DNA of 63,305 nucleotides, filler included, from Folioceros fuciformis (Eukaryota), in NCBI GenBank assembly GCA_049999805.1. It is 7 parts of 7 records of this genome, joined end to end, with 100 filler letters (N's around TTAATTAATTAA, not from the genome) between each part and the next. Parts side by side here need not be neighbours in the genome. Positions count along the whole stretch, not along the records: positions 25,795 to 38,399 come from JBNGIO010004467.1; positions 38,500 to 47,782 come from JBNGIO010004468.1; positions 47,883 to 59,170 come from JBNGIO010004469.1; 4 more parts are not named here. The stretch is one strand, 5' to 3'. The translations under genes were made by a program, and so were the position numbers. Shown here piece after piece: positions 37,558 through 48,731 of this stretch (its first letter is position 1; the number at the start of each line of letters is the position of its first letter). The notes under the pieces were generated by a model. The model did no database searches. It saw only the letters and a program-made list of their open reading frames with translations, and was not told the origin of the DNA.

Positions 37558-38729
37558 CCTGAACAAATCCGCACCACTGATACCAATCCTTCTTCCACCT
37601 TCTCAGCAGTATCCTACACACACCATCGAGAGGAAGAGAGAAATCCTTCCCGAACGCTTTCCCGCCACACTTCCGTGACCTAGCATACAACTAGTGCAAA
37701 GGCCCCAATCAGGGGTCCGTGCTTGTGAAAAGGCCTCTTCCTCGCATAACGCCTGTCCTCAACCGTGCTGAGAAGCATCCACCATGGCACAACACATCGG
37801 GTAAGCAGAGTCCTTGAGCTGACATTTGGTCGCAGCAACGGGAACAGCAGGAGGACGACCGCCAGCAGTCACTATCCCATGACTCAACTCCGTCATTCGT
37901 CTAAAATCTGCGCCACGCGTGCACCACAGCTCCCATACATCGCAAAAGCCTCCTCTACTCCACGATGACATCCTGCAAGCAACAAAAAGAAAAAGAGAGA
38001 TGAAAGAGGTTATCTTCGTCCCTGCAAATGCGCGCTGCAGAACGAGAATTTCTCACATCCCGCCAACTCCAGCTGCGCAAACACTCTGCCCCACACCAAA
38101 TTTTCCAGGAACCCGCCTGTCCTCTCCTCTGGAACCGTAAAACATTGCCACTCCCCAAGCGCACCATCCACCTAATTCCTCAGCTCCCGTTCCCCTCACT
38201 CACACAGAAGCCCGCACACGCACACGCACACGCACTCGCACCAGCACCGCCGACGAATACACATTTCCCAAACAAAAATCCAGGCCTCTCCTCGCCCGAA
38301 ATTCTCCGAAAGGAACGGATCCACAGCAGGACACGAATCAATTCCAGTTCACTTCACACGACCAAGACTCCAGCAATCAGACTCAAACATCCGAAGACCN
38401 NNNNNNNNNNNNNNNNNNNNNNNNNNNNNNNNNNNNNNNNNNNTTAATTAATTAANNNNNNNNNNNNNNNNNNNNNNNNNNNNNNNNNNNNNNNNNNNNA
38501 GAGAGAAGGGGATGATGGTGGGGCTGGAGGTGGCCAACAGGATCGCTAATTAATCGGCCTACCAGGTCACGACAACCGGGCTGGGCTTTGAACAAAAGCG
38601 GCTCTTCTCCGTTGTTGGCTGCCTGACTGCCTGCCTGGCTTGTTGGGAAGGAGGAGTGGGTGCTGCGCTTTTGCTCTTGTGGCACGTTCTTGCTTCCTGC
38701 TGGCCCTGGCCAGCCCTGTGACTCCTACC

Positions 38730-39480
38730 CCGCTCCCGCTCCCGCTTCCGTTTTCGCTCTCGCTCCCGCCTTCGCACTCACCCTCGCCCTGGCCCTCGCT
38801 GCGCGTGTTGGTTGGATTGGGCTTGCTTGGCTTGGCTTGCCTTGCCTTGCCTGGCTGCGCTGCCAGCGAAGTTTGTCGCGGTTGCCTGCTGGTTGCTGTT
38901 GCTTGCTGGGTTGGGCTTGCTTGCGTTTCCTTGTCCGGACACTCNNNNNNNNNNNNNNNNNNNNNNNNNNNNNNNNNNNNNNNNNNNNNNNNNNNNNNNN
39001 NNNNNNNNNNNNNNNNNNNNNNNNNNNNNNNNNNNNNNNNNNNNGATAAGCCCTGCTCCAGTTGCTTCTTTTGCTTTGTAGTAGAGTAGAGATCTGGAGG
39101 GAGGCAAGGAAGGAAGGAAGGAGGGAGGGAGAGCAGCCAGAGGAAGGCAGGCAAGGGAAGGGAGCGTTAAGGGGATTGTAAGGGAAGGGAAGGCAAGCAA
39201 AGGAAAGGGAAGGGAAGGGAAAGGAGTAAGCTGAGCTTGGTAAGCAAGGCAGGAAGGAAGCAAGCGAGGAAGAGAGGAAGGAGGCGCGCTCTCAGCCTGA
39301 GACGTCACTCAATTGGCTAATCGCTCGCTGCTGCCAGTTGGAATTACGCAGTAGTGGACGGAAGCTTGCTTCTCTGCTTCTTGCTTCTGTCTCTCTTCTC
39401 TTTTTCTTCTTGTTCTTCTTCTTCGTCGTCTTCTTCTTCTTCTTCTTCTTCGTCCTCGTCGTCTGCTTCTTCTTCTTCTG
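38730..39480. repeat. Microsatellite/low-complexity tracts upstream of the NAC gene (GCTT-, GGAA- and CTT-type)
   Basis: Visible (GCTT)n-like tract at 38820-38925, (GGAA)n at 39100-39280 and (CTT)n at 39400-39480. Confidence 0.85.
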
Positions 39481-39964
39481 CTCATCGCCCAATTGAACAC
39501 GCTTCCTAGGCATCCTTAGCTTTGCGCTAAGCCGGCGTCCGCGCCTTGCCTGCGCCTTCGCCTTTCCGTCCTCTGTTCCCACAGCTGCTGCCGCTGCCTC
39601 ATGTACGGTTCCCAGGGTGCGGAATTGGGGAGCAAGAGAGTCACGGGGGTGAGCTTGCGCCAACGCCAATGGTTGCAGGGCTGAAAGCGGGGAATCCTTG
39701 TCGCGCCCACGCTGCCTGCTCCACCTTTGGGAGGAGAAGATCGCCTGCTTTCCGCACCGCTTTAGAATGTCAAGACCACCCTGGCTGAGACAGGGGTGAA
39801 GCTCAACCTTTGTCTTGTCACGTGCGCACCGCACACCCACTGTACACTGTCACACTACATACATACAGGAGACGAGGCGATCTCGAAACAAGGGATTTCT
39901 GCGCTCAGGCCGTGAATTCCTTCCTTCATCCGCCCTTCCCACTTGCGTCCCGCATCGGGACCGC

Positions 39965-42277
39965 ATGAGCTGCATCATGTCCGGAACAGGAGGAGGTCCT
40001 GGAGGAGGAGTCGGACCCGGACCCGGACCAGGAACTGCAACTGCAGCTGCAGCTGGAGGTCCTGCTGCCCAGCTCCAGCTGCCGCCCGGCTTCAGGTTCC
40101 ACCCCACCGATGAGGAATTGGTGGTGCACTACCTGTCCAAGAAGGCGAATTCGCATCCCTTCTCGCTGCCCGTGATTGCAGAAATTGATCTCTACAAGTT
40201 CGATCCTTGGGACTTGCCTGGTAGGATCATCTTCCATCCTCTCCTTCCCTTCCCTTTCCTATGCTTCTGCTTTTGCTTTGCTTCTTCCATTGCGTCGGCC
40301 CTTGCTTGCTTTCCTTCAGCCTCGTTGCTTGTTTGCAAAAACAACGACACCAACAACGTCGACGACGGCAAAGGATTCACTTGCTTTATGTGCTTGTTCG
40401 TGGCTGGCTGCAGAGCGGGCCATTTTCGGAGAGAGGGAGTGGTACTTCTTCAGTCCTAGAGACCGCAAGTATCCGAACGGAGCCAGACCCAACAGAGCGG
40501 CAGCCTCTGGCTACTGGAAGGCCACGGGGACCGACAAGCCCATCCACACCTTCGGAGGGGCGCAGAAGATTGGAGTGAAGAAGGCGCTCGTGTTCTACAA
40601 AGGCCGGGCTCCCAAGGGCGTCAAGACCAACTGGATCATGCACGAGTACCGCCTCGCGGACAGCCATGGCTCTACCAACTCCTCCTCCCTGCCCAGCAGG
40701 AAGGGCTCCCTCCGGGTAACGGCCCTGATCCTCCCACCAACCTCGCCGCTCCTTGCTGGCCAAGCTTTGCCATTGGCAATGTAATCTGCATGTCTTTGCC
40801 TCACCGGAATCTTGTGTGTCGTGGCCGCAGCTGGACGACTGGGTGCTGTGCCGAATCTACAAGAAGAGCACCAATGCGCAGAGGGCGGGGAAGGAGCGGG
40901 ACAACAACTCCTGCGTCGAGGAGGTGCTGGCGTCGCTGCCGGAGATTGACGACCCCAAGCTGGTGCTGCCGCGCCTGGGCTCCTTCGATGCGTTCATGGA
41001 GGCGTCGCCCGAAGACCACGTGATGGGGAGCTTCTTCTCCGGGGAGAATTCGTCGGAAGATCACCTGGGGGAGGAGTCGGACCGCACTCTCAATTGCTCC
41101 ATCAAGTCGGAGATCGCGAGCCAGAGCGTCGTGGGGGGAAAGCGTATGGGGATCAACTCGCCTGCCAGCTCCATCAATCAGAAGAACAACAGCGGCAACA
41201 CCAACAGCCTCATGGCCAGCAGCAGCACCGTCACCACATCCAACCTCTTCGACGCTGTCTTCCCCGACAGCAACAGCGAGCATGATGCCAAGCGCGCGCG
41301 ATTCATGAACGAAGCTGGCCATGTGGATCAAGCCCACAACAACAACAACAACACCAGCGTCACCGGCTGGAAGTGGCTCGCTCAAGCCCAGGCTGGGCCG
41401 CAGGGATTCCACCAATCCGAGATGAAGGGGATGATGCTCCATCCGTTGAGAGGGAATGGAAACGGAGCTGCGGCTCTCAAGGCGCACGAGCTCAACGAGC
41501 TGCTGTCCAGGGCCAGCAACAACGCAATGGGCAACGCGCGCTTTCTGGGCGGCGGAGGAGCAGGAGCAGGGCCTGGAGCAGCTCAGATTCTCAATCCCAA
41601 CCTCTTGAGCCTTCCTCAGGGTCTGAATCTTCCTTCTCACCAGATGATGTCTGACAACCTGAGGACTCATCAGGCAGCGGCGGNNNNNNNNNNNNNNNNN
41701 NNNNNNNNNNNNNNNNNNNNNNNNNNNNNNNNNNNNNNNNNNNNNNNNNNNNNNNNNNNNNNNNNNNNNNNNNNNNNNNNNNNCCGCCGCCGCCGCCGCA
41801 GCCGCAGCAGCCCCTCAGCCCCCTCTCAGCCAGACGGGATCGCAGGCGGAGCATCAGTCTGTCATGGGGCATACCACTGTCGCTGCTGCTGCTCAGGGCG
41901 TCAACTTCCCCAGGCCTGAGTTTGAGGATGAGGCGCAGAGCAGCTTCAGGTCGTCTCCAGCCAACCGCAGCAACGTGAACACGGCTTTTCCTGCTCCTGC
42001 TGCTAACGCGGATGACCAGAGCTTGGACTCCATCGCCTACGGCATGCCCACTGTTGATGGGCAGAGAGCGGAGGGGGACCTGCCCGGGCAGGGCAGGAGC
42101 ATGCTGGGGCCGCTACTTCCTTTGCAGCATCAAGATAGCCTCGCGTCCCTGCTGGGAGGTGGATACCTGCCCAACCTGGCTAGCCACGGGCCTTATCAGC
42201 TTCACAGCCATCGAAGTGGTTCCTTCTACGACTTGATCATGGGCCAGGATGTCGCCACTGGCCAGAGAGTGAACTGA
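39965..42277 (+). CDS. NAC transcription factor, ATAF/stress-responsive type; exons 39965-40220, 40414-40715, 40831-42277 (100-N gap inside)
   Basis: [97 protein letters not shown]-terminal EDEAQS resembles the ATAF EVQS motif. Confidence 0.95.
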
Positions 42278-44094
42278 CATGACATGCCTCCTGCTGGCTG
42301 CAGCATGCAGCTAGTCTGGTGGTTTGACAACGTTCCCACGGCGCACTTCGATTCCAGACACAGTTTGCACATATGGTAGGAGATTGGAGCAGGCTTCGTC
42401 GTCCCTAGTCCTGCTTCCAACGTACGGGGCGAGGTGGAGGCCTTTTCAAGGTTTGTTTGTTTGTTGATGTGACATGACATTCAAGTCTAGGGGCCGCCTC
42501 GACATGATTTCACCCACAAGTGAGCATAAGGGTACGGTATGGGAAGAAGGATACAATGCCATAGTGGGATCTTTCGACAACCCTCCTTCTCTTGCGCGTG
42601 TATAAGTGCAGGGAAGTGGGCAAAGGGGTTTTGGCATTGCAGCAGACGTGAAGGATAAGTCTGCAGGCAGCAAAGTATAAGAGTAGGGAGGGCTTCCTGC
42701 AGACCTTCCAGATCAGCGGCGATGTGCATCCTATCCTCCACAGCATCTGGCAGGCTTACGACTCGCCCCCAACAACGCACGACAGTCGCAACACAGTTAC
42801 AACACAGTCAGCTTCAAGCTTCGACGGGTCTTAACATCCATCAGCTCATCACCGACCATCTCCACGTCAATCTTGAGCAGCGATGAGTTTGGCGGCAGCA
42901 AGGCAACATCAGGATCCAAGCTTCAGGTGCCCGAGCAAATGAGGTTTGATTGTTCAACTTTTGACACAAGATGATGACCAGCACAGCGATGTGATTAGTG
43001 TACATTCTTGCTGCGACAAGCTCGAGTTTCCCACACTCTTGACTGGCCGCTGAGTTTGTAGAATTTGTAGCATGTTGTACCAGCGCCTTACAAAACGTTC
43101 GACGTGGGCCTAGGTCACTTTACCATTGTAGCGTAGCATGCAACAGTCTAGGTAGTAGATTCCATTCTTTGATTTGATTGGAACCCATTACATATTGATG
43201 AGCTCCATGAATCCACTCCCAGGTACAATAAGTGTGTTATCTTCTAACCATGCTCATCAATTACGCATCTCCGCGATGCACACAGTGTATAGTTTTACCT
43301 CACTCAGCTCTTCCCAGCTAGATACTATAAGTTCCTGGGATCCCCACTTGTGTAGCCGCAGCCATGTAGCCTCGTACAGAGCTCGCAAGTCCGTCTGCTT
43401 TGGTCGGAATTTATGTACGGTCTCATGGTGAGATGAAGCTTACCCCGGGATCCCACAGCCTGGGGACGGGGGTCGATTATTTGTAGATGGTTTGCAGTCG
43501 TACTGGAGGCAGGTTAGATGCAAGGCACAAGGAGTCCGCGTCTGTATATTGCTTTTCTTTATTCATCCTCTCAATTGCTGCTATTGAGCACATTGTGCAT
43601 CTTCCGAAAGGTCTGCCGTCGCGTTCTCCTTGCGTCTCACCCCGCACGTTCCTGTGTGCTGCCGTTGCTGGGAGACGGACAGTTTCCCACTTGGAAAGGC
43701 CAGCCATGGCCTGTGGAGCGGAGCTCATCCTCCTGCATCTCGGAATATGTGTACGGTTCCCACTGTTTAGGACGAGGTCGATCATTGTAGGTGGAGTACT
43801 GGAGGGAGATCAGATGCAAGGCACATGGAGTCCGCCAGTGTATAAGTTTTTTTTCTCCATTATTCCTGTGCTCAATTGCTCTTTCCAAGTTGTGGCTTGG
43901 CATGCGAACACGCTCATGGCTTTGGGTAGCATGCGCGAGGGCTGGGACAATCATCGTCCCGTGAGCTCATTCATTACTGCCGCGAAATCCAGCTGGTCAC
44001 AGAGAAAGGAAAGTTCGTGAAGAACTTTTATCTCCACTTAACAACATGAAACCCCTCTGTTGCACACTGGTAAGCTTTATGTTCAGGTTCGGCT

Positions 44095-44997
44095 ATGGGG
44101 CTCTTTCCGTCTCCCAACTCCACTCGATTGGGCCCGCCGGTGCCGTCGTGCTTAGCCAGGAATCCCTTCCCGGGCGCCTCGTCACGGCAGGTGCGTGACT
44201 TAGGGCTCCGGTCCTGGCCTCAAAGGGTTTGCACCGGTTGTGGCTTGCGTGCCTGGGGCTCGGGCACTGGTGGCGGTGTAAGGGATCTCAAGGAGCCGTG
44301 TACGTGGCGGGTGAAGGCTTTTGACGTACACGAAGCCCTTTCAGCTCAGGTACATCACCTCCAAGTGCTGCTGTCTGTGGCCTTTAGGAACACCTTACCA
44401 TCGTGGACCCCCTTCAACAGGAATGATATGCACCGTTTAGGGTAGCATGTGTGATCGCATGTCACCTTTCCACATCGTGAGCTTTCCAAGTGCAGTGTTT
44501 CGACGTGTTCAGCTGAGAGTTTCCCTGTGATCACGATCGGGTTATGGATGACATTATCTGGTTTGTGTTATGTTTCGCTGACTCCTCTGAACTTCGTCAT
44601 TTCACAGGCTGCAGAGCATCGACATGATATAGCCTGTGACATTTGTAGTGGCAAAGGATGGCTGCAATGTGATTTCTGCTACGGCAAGAAAACCGATGTT
44701 CCTGCCAAGAATGGTCGTACTTATCGACGTTGTCCTTCCTGCAGAGCAGTAAGTCTCGTTTGCCCAGTGCTGAACCTTACGGGTGGAGCATGGTTTTGCA
44801 AAACACAGGCAGTTGGCTTGAGCTTGTTGTGAAACTCGGTAAGCTGGAGGTATTTGAAGCAAATGCTCAGGTGTTCCAGATATTGATCGAATGGTGGTTG
44901 GGTTGCCTCCACGCAGGTAGGAGTCCTGATCTGCTCTCAGTGTAAAGTGTACAAATGCATGACATTTCCTGACGGTAACGATGGGGGCTTCAACTAG
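44095..44997 (+). CDS. Plastid DnaJ-like zinc-finger (CxxCxGxG) protein without J domain; exons 44095-44349, 44608-44748, 44917-44997
   Basis: Transit-peptide-like exon 1, then CDICSGKGWLQCDFCYGKK...YRRCPSCRA|VGVLICSQCKVYKCMTFPD. Canonical phase-0 introns. Confidence 0.88.
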
Positions 44998-47364
44998 TTG
45001 CAGTCTGAACACTGCTGTCAAGGGGTGAGTGAGATCGAGGGGGCTCTGTTACGCAGAACCGTAGAGACAGTTCCCTATCCAAACCTGAGGCGTGTATTCG
45101 ATGCCCAAGTTCAGTGTGGCCTCCATCAAGGAACTGCAACAGTCTGCTACGTTCCTCAAGGGAGGTCACAGAAACCAGGACTCTTCAGTGAGAAGTGATG
45201 AACAACCTTGACACATTAGTAACCCAAGAACAGGGACTACCTGAGGCCCATTGCATACTTCGATTGCCTCTGCGACGAGATCAAGATCTATGGCCTCTTT
45301 CACTGTATACAGCCTGGTCGTGTACTTACTCGATGCTCAACGACGATCGAGTTGCCCCGCCATCACCGTTATCTGATGTCCCAGAGCCCGGAGAAGCCAG
45401 CGGTAGCCGCACTTGTAGTGGGGCGGGGAAACTTCCAACCTTCCGATCCGATGGACATGAGGAAAACGGTCAGAGGTCGGAGAGGTGCATGGGACGTACG
45501 TTATCTGCAGAGTCGTAGTAGGCTAGCAACAGTACCTGTCCTCCATTACTGGGGTTTTGCAAAGAACCAGTGGTAACTTCTGGTTAATCTGTAGTCTGAT
45601 TTAGATTTCGTTTAGCATTGAGGACATAATAGGATAGCCACGACGTTCGAATCTGCGCATAGTTTGAGAGGGTATGCTTCTTGGCTTGCTCCTCCTGCTT
45701 CAGGAATGATATGTGTCCTTGAAAGTTGGATATGGAAGACTATCCTCACCCACGGTTCACCTTCATTTATTTTTACTTGGCTACCCGTCTGTGGAAAGAC
45801 TGGGTCTGTGTGTGAAAAGACTGGGTCTGTGCGCAAACCGACCGGCGAGTGTGAGTGGCCTGCCGTCTCTTGGGGTCGATGGAGACTCTGATTAGTACAC
45901 TAAGACCTCGTCTCGCATCCCCGACGTGACTTGGCGAGGTGCAGGCTCCGTGCTTATTTTTGGCGACCTAATCGGACAAGCCTTGTTGATCATTTCAAAC
46001 GGCTGGACAGGTATGGGAAAAAGGGCTAAAGTTCTGCTATCGACGCGTGAAGGTAGCTAGCTAGCTACATGTGTTGTGTTCTGCCGCAAGCATTATCTTA
46101 CATCTCACAGTCTTCGTGGAAAACGATCTGGTTCGAATCGGTTTCAAGATCTCCAGTCGGTTGATCTTGACTCTGCATGGTGCCGTGAGTAACCTCACGT
46201 GCCTACCAGCTAAGCACGATCCCACTGGATACCTGCATCCTAGAAATTGCTCACGAAGCAAAGCTGTGGTAACGTGATACTTATCAACAGCAACCTGGTC
46301 TGCTTTCCTCCTCGTGCTCGTCACCTGTTACGCAGAAATCAGTGTCATCTGATTGCGAGCACAACCGTTGCTTCCAAGAATGCCGACAACACGTTCCCGG
46401 CCTCCCAGGTTCTAACTCACCAGGCTCTCTGTCCCTTTGCTTTCTATGGTCGAATCTGACCTGATCCCAGGAACCCTAAGGCAGGGTGAGGAGCCATCGT
46501 GGTTTTAAAATTATAGCCTGTGGGCAGGCATCTCATGCTCCGGTGCCTCATCAGCTTGACTACGAGTCAGTGCTAGCAGATTCTCTGAAAAAAAAAAAAA
46601 AAAAAACACACCGAAGTCGGTGCAAGCACACGGTCCCAGCCGAAGCCATGGCATTGCTGGGGAGGATACCAAGTCCAGCACCTGCTCCATTTATGTCTCC
46701 AAAGGTACTTTCTGGGCAGCCAGTCATCTGTTCCAGCTCCTTGTGATTCGTTCGCAAAGATCAAGTCAATCAAGGCTGGCTAGCCACGTCCAGCACGCGT
46801 TCACGTCTCCAAGGCACTTTCTAGGCAACACTTCGATGTGTTCCACCTCGTGCTGTATCCCTTCAGCCTTCAACCAGCTTTCTTGAGCCGCTCCTTTCTT
46901 TTCTTGTACATGCATCCTATCATGCCGACTAGGCTAGTGAGACGCATCCTCCCTTCACAGTTATATTATTTTCTCCTGGGCCGTTAGACACAATCCCACA
47001 CAACCTGTAGGAAGCAGGATGTGTGTCAAGCACTCCATCCCCTGCCTTACAGTCCAAGATTTGGCAACCGTAACAAGCTCGGCACACAGCTCTATCTGCA
47101 GGTTCTGGAAGCCTGAAGCGAGTGTGATATCTGTATGTGTGTGTGTGTGTGTGTGTGTGTTTCTTTTTTTCTTTTTTTCCCCGGCTCCCCTCGCCAGTGA
47201 ATCAGAAGCATCCCTGGCAGCCGCCATCCGGATCCAGCAACACCCACCCTGATGCCAACTTGCCCCAAAATTGCGGCCCACCATGGTGTTTCGCTGCTAT
47301 CTGCCTGCCTGCAAGTAGGGAGCATTAGACAAGCACGGTGAGGGCGAGCATCATATTCCGCGCG

Positions 47365-47492
47365 CCAACGTGGAGCCCACGTCATCCAAGGTCGCCCCCC
47401 ACGTGGTGTGGCGCACGCCTGACGCGGTCTCGTCCACATCAGCAGCCACGTCTGATCGGTGTGGTACTGCATTTTCCGCGATACCACGTGAT
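47365..47492. promoter_or_regulatory. ABRE/G-box cluster
   Basis: Five ACGT-core boxes: ACGTGG 47368, CACGTC 47378, CACGTG 47400, GCCACGT 47445 and CACGTG 47485, plus CGCG elements. Confidence 0.6.
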
Positions 47493-47882
47493 ACAAAATC
47501 AGCCAATACATTATCTTATTGCAGCACTTTTATTTATTTTATCCTTTTATTCGTAAAAGATTATTCTGTCCGAAGGCACCAGCACATATAAATGACAAAG
47601 AGGGGCACTTGCATATCCACACCCAGCAGTCTAAGATTCCATGTGGACTAAACAAAATAGCTCATGTAGCCCATGTGTTGCGCTTGTACAGCGAGCGAAT
47701 ATCTTGGAATTAGTTATATCAAGGATTTTTAGGGAAAGAAAAACGCTTCCAATAAAATAGGAGCTGAGATTTTGGTGTGCATNNNNNNNNNNNNNNNNNN
47801 NNNNNNNNNNNNNNNNNNNNNNNNNNTTAATTAATTAANNNNNNNNNNNNNNNNNNNNNNNNNNNNNNNNNNNNNNNNNNNN

Positions 47883-48085
47883 TTGCTATACTAATGGTCA
47901 TGGACTTGTTGCTATACTAATGGTCATGGACTTGTTGCTATACTAATGGTCATGGACTTGTTGCTATACTAATGGTCATGGACTTGTTGCTATACTAATG
48001 GTCATGGACTTGTTGCTATACTAATGGTCATGGACTTGTTGCTATACTAATGGTCATGGACTTGTTGCTATACTAATGGTCATGG
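47883..48085. repeat. 26-bp perfect tandem repeat TTGCTATACTAATGGTCATGGACTTG, ~8 copies
   Basis: Identical head-to-tail units at the scaffold start. Confidence 0.97.
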
Positions 48086-48731
48086 CCTAGGGACACCATC
48101 CCTTCATCTCGGCTGTTGCACCTACTCCACTAGCCCAGTAGCATAGCTTGCATTACTCCAAAAACTGTCTCAAACTACCACTTAACCAAGATGACTTAAT
48201 CTCGTGAGATCAACCGGCCTTTGATTGGTAGGTCTGTGGTGGTGGACAAGGAGACCCCTACGCACAACTACCCCTACAACTTTGCTATCCTTGTCGCTAC
48301 TAAGTTTTCAATGGAGTTGCCATTTACAAAGTTCTAAATGTGTCTTTTAATGAAGTTTTCAATACAGTACATTCTACAAAATTCTTAACTAAAGCCTTTG
48401 ATTTGGTAATTTATGAATAATTTTAAAATACAGATAATCAAGCCACCTTTCCGTGCATTGGAACTGTGGAACAGGGAACCCGCCATTTACGAGCTTTCAA
48501 CCTTTCAGATTAAGTTTTCTTGGTTTGAAGCCAAGACCATGAATAAAAACCCAAAAATTGAGGACTCAGCAAGAAAGTCTGGGGCTGAGTCCCGTATGCC
48601 ATTAGAGATTTCCTTGGTAACGCTGCCGAATTATGCCCAGCAAAGTAAATCCTAACGCCTTTAAAACGAAGGTACAGGGACTTCAGACGGCAAAAAATGA
48701 TGTGAAGAAGAAAGTTCAGAGGGATAGGGGA

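Noticed and set aside
39601-39684. 27-codon uORF upstream of the NAC gene
   Set aside because: TSS unknown and no conserved-peptide similarity recognised.
46128-46142. GGTTCGAATC tRNA T-loop-like motif
   Set aside because: No A-box, acceptor stem or cloverleaf.
46845-47095. miR390 target sites (TAS3) or miR536-like sequence
   Set aside because: Matches are too partial to support either call.
47883-48085. 26-bp and 25-bp (53436-53630) repeats as CRISPR arrays
   Set aside because: Units are head-to-tail with no unique spacers, there are no cas genes, and the context is eukaryotic.
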